64,000 bases of DNA from the NCBI GenBank assembly GCA_963705705.1, contig CAVPKK010000005.1, positions 192,001 through 256,000 on the forward strand, read 5' to 3'. This stretch comes from an uncultured bacterium. Lineage in GTDB: Bacteria > Babelota > Babeliae > Babelales > JABCYS01. The position numbers were made by a program, and so were the translations under genes. Under the pieces are notes generated by a model. It saw nothing but the letters and a program-made list of their open reading frames with translations. It was not told where the DNA came from and did not search any database. Shown piece by piece: positions 59,529 through 64,000 of this stretch (its first letter is position 1; the number at the start of each line of letters is the position of its first letter).

Positions 59529-61184
59529 CTATCCCAAGCGTTCTCTGTTGCGAGCAACATCCGGTCTAAGATTCATAATATATTCTGCGGTATCGTGAGG
59601 CATCATGGGTAATGCATAGTTTGCAATACAGGGCGCCAAAACTGCTGGAATATGTTCACGAAGGTTCGCTTGAATAGTTGTGTCAGCCGTTCGGCATCTG
59701 CGGACGTAGTCCTTTAATCTTTCAAGCAGTCTTGGGTTCTTCTCCACATGTGAGAGCATTCCCATGCCAAGTTGATATGGTATAGATCCTGGATGAGCGT
59801 TAATTGAAAGCAATATGCCAAGCTTTTCGCCATTGACTGTGCCGCTAACCGCCTGCTCAAATCTATTTTTTCTATGTAGGTCAAACCAATTCCCATCTCT
59901 TGGAATGTTAGCAGCTTCTTCAGCGATTATTTGCAGCATTTCAGTTGTTCCTCGCCTCATGGCATGAGTCAGGATAGATTTTAAGGCATAAAACAATGGG
60001 CTTTGTTTAACAAATAGCAAAGCGAAGCGTGGAGCAATGCTTTGCTCAATCAACTTATCTTTTTCTTTTTGAATCCACTCTTGTTCTTCGCGTGCTGCTA
60101 GAAAAATAAAGGCGCGCATGAGTTTCCGCGCTATTAAGGGATAATTTCTATATTGCGGGATATTAGTTATACCAAAGCGTTTGAAAAGCACTTGAGCGGC
60201 ATTTTTACATTTTGCCGATGATTGCACGATAACTGAGCAGTCAAGGAGTGCCCTAAGAGAACCCTCCGTATGATTTAATATATCAATACCGCCACGCAGT
60301 ATTTTATCTGTATCTAATGCTGGCGCGGTATCTATTGCGGCCAACATCGCACTAAGCATTGTTTCAACTATTTCAATTCTGCCAGCCATTGATGCCACAG
60401 ATAATGGCTGTTGATTATTGAAAAGATTGTGCAACCCATAATTCAAATCATTTGCTTCAGCTAGAGATATTTCAATATTATCATTATTGAATGGCTGTGT
60501 TGGTACAGGATCATCTTGAGTCAGGCTGTTGGCCAATGGAGTTACAGCGAAACCATCATAATCGGCTTCTAAATGTATATGTGATGCCGAAAGGTTATCT
60601 GAAAGACCTTTCATTTTTCGCCAATGCTCGAAAGGCACTTTCTCTATCGGGCCAGTAGAAAGCATTTTGTGCCAAAAGCTTAAGAGATTTTGTGCTGCAA
60701 GTGAACTTAAATGAGCCTGATATTCCTTACGAAGATCCTGCATGGTTATACGGTATATATTTTCTCGCACGAGTGCGGAGATTGTTTCTAAGTCACCAGC
60801 ATCAATAGCTTCAAAGAATCTATTTTGTTTACGATCCTGAACCATCTTTTTAGTCGCAGCTGGTCCATCTCCCCATTGTGCTAAAACATTTGCCATCTCG
60901 AACAATATTTTTGCATCTTCCTTAGATGTATATGCTATTTCCGCAGAATATCCCCGCAGGGATTCCGGGACAGTCATTTGATCATCGGCATTATTTTCTT
61001 TGCGATCTTCGTTTTTTTCTTGCTGTGCGGTCAAAGAAGAACTTATTGCCTGTTGAGTTATCTGAGGCAAGCTGCGTGATGCACCATGGTTCTGACAATT
61101 TTCAGCTAAATTTGATGCTGACCTACTTGTAGGCAGAAGCGCCATTGGGGTTAGTAATAAGGTGAATGTTAGTTGCTTAATCAT
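59529..61184 (-). CDS. Secreted ankyrin-like paralog A4
   Basis: MIKQL signal; FFEAID, PLSVASMAGRIEIV, NGEKLGILLSI. Confidence 0.85.
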   Translation of the reverse strand: MIKQLTFTLLLTPMALLPTSRSASNLAENCQNHGASRSLPQITQQAISSSLTAQQEKNEDRKENNADDQMTVPESLRGYSAEIAYTSKEDAKILFEMANVLAQWGDGPAATKKMVQDRKQNRFFEAIDAGDLETISALVRENIYRITMQDLRKEYQAHLSSLAAQNLLSFWHKMLSTGPIEKVPFEHWRKMKGLSDNLSASHIHLEADYDGFAVTPLANSLTQDDPVPTQPFNNDNIEISLAEANDLNYGLHNLFNNQQPLSVASMAGRIEIVETMLSAMLAAIDTAPALDTDKILRGGIDILNHTEGSLRALLDCSVIVQSSAKCKNAAQVLFKRFGITNIPQYRNYPLIARKLMRAFIFLAAREEQEWIQKEKDKLIEQSIAPRFALLFVKQSPLFYALKSILTHAMRRGTTEMLQIIAEEAANIPRDGNWFDLHRKNRFEQAVSGTVNGEKLGILLSINAHPGSIPYQLGMGMLSHVEKNPRLLERLKDYVRRCRTADTTIQANLREHIPAVLAPCIANYALPMMPHDTAEYIMNLRPDVARNRERLG

Positions 61185-61226
61185 GTTGTGCTCCATTTGA
61201 ATGTCTTATTAACCATTTTTTCTTAC

Positions 61227-61255
61227 ACACTATCACCTTGTATGCTATGTCTCAA
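61227..61255 (-). promoter_or_regulatory. Putative sigma70 promoter inside the paralog array
   Basis: TTGAGA-N17-TAGTGT on the minus strand, upstream of A4. Confidence 0.5.
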
Positions 61256-61285
61256 CAGGCTATGGAGGCGGAGAAGCCTCTCAGC

Positions 61286-62884
61286 TCATTCGACCAGGTT
61301 TTGAGCATCACTATCATCTTGGTCATCATTGGTCGCTGGGTATTCATCCTCATGCATCTTCGGATGGTCGGCCTGTAGATTTATAATGTATTCTTCAATT
61401 TCTCGTGGCATGCGACGATGTGCATATTGAACCACAAAAGGGGCCAGAACAGGAAGAAGAAACGCGCTTGCGGTATCGTGGATTTCAGTATCGATCGCCC
61501 GGCATTGGCGAATATAGGCCTTCAATCGTTCAAGCAATGCAGGGTTCTGCCCAACATGTGAGAGCATGCTCATGCCAAGCTGAAATGTCATAGAATCGGG
61601 ATGTGCATCAATAGATAGTAATGTACCAAGTTTTTCGCCGTTGACCGTATCAAGTGTAAAGCGTTCATATGGTGTTTCAAAAACAGCATCTTCAAGGAAA
61701 TCTGGTTGCAATTCTTCCGATGGGGTATGGGCACTTTCCTCAGCAATTAGCTGAAATAATTTTGCCGACCCATGCCGTGTGGCGCCGTGTAGGACATCTT
61801 GTAAACCTGAAGTAGCAGAGGGCTGCTCATCTTGCTGGGTAAGCTTATGCCGAGCGGCGAATTCCTTAATCTGTAGTTGTGTGCGAATGAGTAGCTGAGC
61901 GATTGCAGGGTAATTCTCATACCGTTGAACCGCTGGTAAGCCCAAATTTCTGAAGATTTCTGCCGCTGCATTTTGACATTCGTCTGACGAATTCTCAATG
62001 CTTGAGCAATCCACGAGCGCCTTAAGTGCCGATAGGTTCGTATCATACCTATTATAAAACAGTTGGGCTTCTTCTGGGGTGACTATATTATCCATTCTGG
62101 TTATGAGTGCTTTGAGTAACGTCTCAACGATATCGGCATGACCAGCAATAGCGGCCCGTGTTAATGTTTCGTGGGAATTTAGGATTGAGTGCAGGCCGTA
62201 ATTATTTGACCTTTGGTTTAGTTTATACCAAGGAATAGTGTCCTCAGTGACCGAACCACATAATGGGGGATATGCCCAATCTTGAGTGAGGCGTAACACC
62301 ACTGGGTTTGCGTTAATTTGGGGATGATCATCCTCGGCGCGAGCTGGTGGTCCATATGAGAATGACCCTGCTATATAGGTTGTGAGAGTTTGCATCTCTC
62401 CCCAGTGTGCGAATGACCTGTTTGGGGCAGCAAGTGATTCATGATATAGGCTCAAGAGTTTTTGAGCCACATTTGTTTTCAAAAGAGCAGAATATATCCG
62501 GCGATTATCTTTAGCATATATAAAATCAGTTTCTTCAGTGGCTAGCAATGAAATTGTTCGTAAGTCATGGGTATCAATTGCTTCGAAAAATTTGCTTCGT
62601 TTAAAATTGGCGACATTTTCAAAGCGATTTCGATGAACTAGCGTATCGTCGCCGGACCATACATGGGCTAGCTCAAATAATATTTTTACATCATTTTCTG
62701 AACTTAAATCAGATCCCTTGCCTTCGTTTTCTTTTTCATCGGCTGAACTGCGGTGATCTGCCCGTACCGACAAAGGTACTGGAATGGGCTGAATATTTTG
62801 CTCTTGTGGCGCCGACGCTGGCTTACTTGTAGGCAAAAGCGCCATCGGGGATAGTAATAGGGTGAGGGTTATTTGCTTAATCAC
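61286..62884 (-). CDS. Secreted ankyrin-like paralog A5
   Basis: GTG start VIKQI after GGAG; FFEAID, TLTRAAIAGHADIV, NGEKLGTLLSI. Confidence 0.85.
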   Translation of the reverse strand: MIKQITLTLLLSPMALLPTSKPASAPQEQNIQPIPVPLSVRADHRSSADEKENEGKGSDLSSENDVKILFELAHVWSGDDTLVHRNRFENVANFKRSKFFEAIDTHDLRTISLLATEETDFIYAKDNRRIYSALLKTNVAQKLLSLYHESLAAPNRSFAHWGEMQTLTTYIAGSFSYGPPARAEDDHPQINANPVVLRLTQDWAYPPLCGSVTEDTIPWYKLNQRSNNYGLHSILNSHETLTRAAIAGHADIVETLLKALITRMDNIVTPEEAQLFYNRYDTNLSALKALVDCSSIENSSDECQNAAAEIFRNLGLPAVQRYENYPAIAQLLIRTQLQIKEFAARHKLTQQDEQPSATSGLQDVLHGATRHGSAKLFQLIAEESAHTPSEELQPDFLEDAVFETPYERFTLDTVNGEKLGTLLSIDAHPDSMTFQLGMSMLSHVGQNPALLERLKAYIRQCRAIDTEIHDTASAFLLPVLAPFVVQYAHRRMPREIEEYIINLQADHPKMHEDEYPATNDDQDDSDAQNLVE

Positions 62885-64000
62885 GTTGTGCTCCATTTAG
62901 TTGTCGCCGGCGCGTCATGATAGAGGTCATATGTTGGCCTAATAAATTTCCCTCATTGTCGTCGTCTTCTTCTTGTTCAGGTTGTAGGTTCAAAATATAG
63001 TCTGCAATTTCCGTTGGCATACAATGAGATGCATATTCTGCAACTTTGGGGGCCAAGACCGGTAAAAGATGAGATCTGATATGCGCGGAGACCATTCGGC
63101 TTTTTCGCACGTATTCTTTTAGTCGCGCAAGCATCTGTGGATTCTTTTCCGCATGGGAAAGCATGCCCATTGCAAGCTGGTATACAACTGAGTTCGGGTG
63201 GGCTTGCACTGAAAGCAATATGCCAAGCTTTTCACCGTTGGCGAGTGATTCAACATGCCTTTCAACAAGATCTATCTCTTTATTACGGCGCTTTTCGAAC
63301 CATTGAGATTCTGCTGGGATCATGCCAAATTCTTCTGCCATTACCTGTAACATGCTGCATGAACCGCCAAGTAAAGTCCTAACTAATAGAAATTGTATAT
63401 CGTTGCCAAGAGTAAACCGGGCGACTGAATCGTTGGCAGGTTTTGGCTTGCTTGGAATAAGTCGTTTAAAGCAGGCTATGAGATTGCGCGCGATAGGCTC
63501 ATAATTATTTGAATTCGGTTTATTTTGGATGCCCATATTTTGAAATAGGATATTGGCATGTTTTGATTGTACGGCAGAACTTGCCGCATTTAGTTTATGG
63601 AGCGTATCTTTAATGACGGAATAGGCATCTATGCGTATTTTATTAAATTCGAAATAAGATATTAAAGCATTAACCGTTTCAATATGGCCGCCAATTGCCG
63701 ATAAGCAAAGCGCATCAAGGCAACGTGCCAAACAAAGAAGCTCAAGGCCATAACGGCCAAAGTTATGCGTATTGAATTCATCGAGGTACGATGATAGTGG
63801 CACTATGTCATAATCATCCTTAATGCAGGCGGGCTTTTCAATCTCATCTTTGGTCATGTGCAGCGCTAGTGCACGGGCATTAATTTGGGCAGTAGGATCA
63901 ACCATCCAATTCATAAGACCGGATTTTTCGAAGCCGACAGCTCCTATTTTTGTAAGTAGTTGAGTCAGTTCTGTTTTGCCATAAGCCGCAGCTCTCATTA
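62877..64000 (-). CDS. Ankyrin-like paralog A6, 5' end outside window
   Basis: MRAAAYGKTEL, DALCLSAIGGH, NGEKLGILLSV, HLLPVLAP, MPTEIADYILNL. Confidence 0.85.
   Translation of the reverse strand, partial: MRAAAYGKTELTQLLTKIGAVGFEKSGLMNWMVDPTAQINARALALHMTKDEIEKPACIKDDYDIVPLSSYLDEFNTHNFGRYGLELLCLARCLDALCLSAIGGHIETVNALISYFEFNKIRIDAYSVIKDTLHKLNAASSAVQSKHANILFQNMGIQNKPNSNNYEPIARNLIACFKRLIPSKPKPANDSVARFTLGNDIQFLLVRTLLGGSCSMLQVMAEEFGMIPAESQWFEKRRNKEIDLVERHVESLANGEKLGILLSVQAHPNSVVYQLAMGMLSHAEKNPQMLARLKEYVRKSRMVSAHIRSHLLPVLAPKVAEYASHCMPTEIADYILNLQPEQEEDDDNEGNLLGQHMTSIMTRRRQLNGAQRD

Noticed and set aside
41818..64000. Diversity-generating retroelement or invertase-driven shuffling behind the paralog arrays
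   Set aside because: No reverse transcriptase, recombinase, or template/variable repeat pair with adenine-specific differences was seen in the window.

Overview
A 64 kb bacterial chromosomal window. Many signal-peptide hypothetical proteins, secreted MutS-like ATPases, ankyrin-type paralog arrays and beta-helix arrays suggest a protist-associated intracellular bacterium such as Ca. Dependentiae/Babelota (TM6); this is an inference. Housekeeping content: thioredoxin end, cysS, HIT, DipZ, tRNA-Arg(UCU), a partial F-ATPase operon (atpE-F'-F-H-A), deoxynucleoside kinase, a large MscS, and a sugar-nucleotide/glycan locus (wecB, wecC, oxidoreductase, manC, gmd, fcl, GT2, divergent GT-C). Most notable: (1) a coupled three-gene sensory operon encoding an UrtA/AmiC-like binding protein, a double-Cache-fused pentameric ligand-gated ion channel and a soluble 4x-Cache protein; (2) several families of short palindromic elements, with compensatory base changes in the main family, inserted both between genes and in frame within enzymes; (3) a tandem array of at least six secreted ankyrin-like paralogs with a C-terminal F-box-like motif; (4) a mosaic beta-helix gene cassette array; (5) a Cys-rich repeat secreted protein. 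No transposase, integrase, reverse transcriptase, CRISPR array or rRNA was seen. All family assignments come from motif recognition by eye, not database searches.
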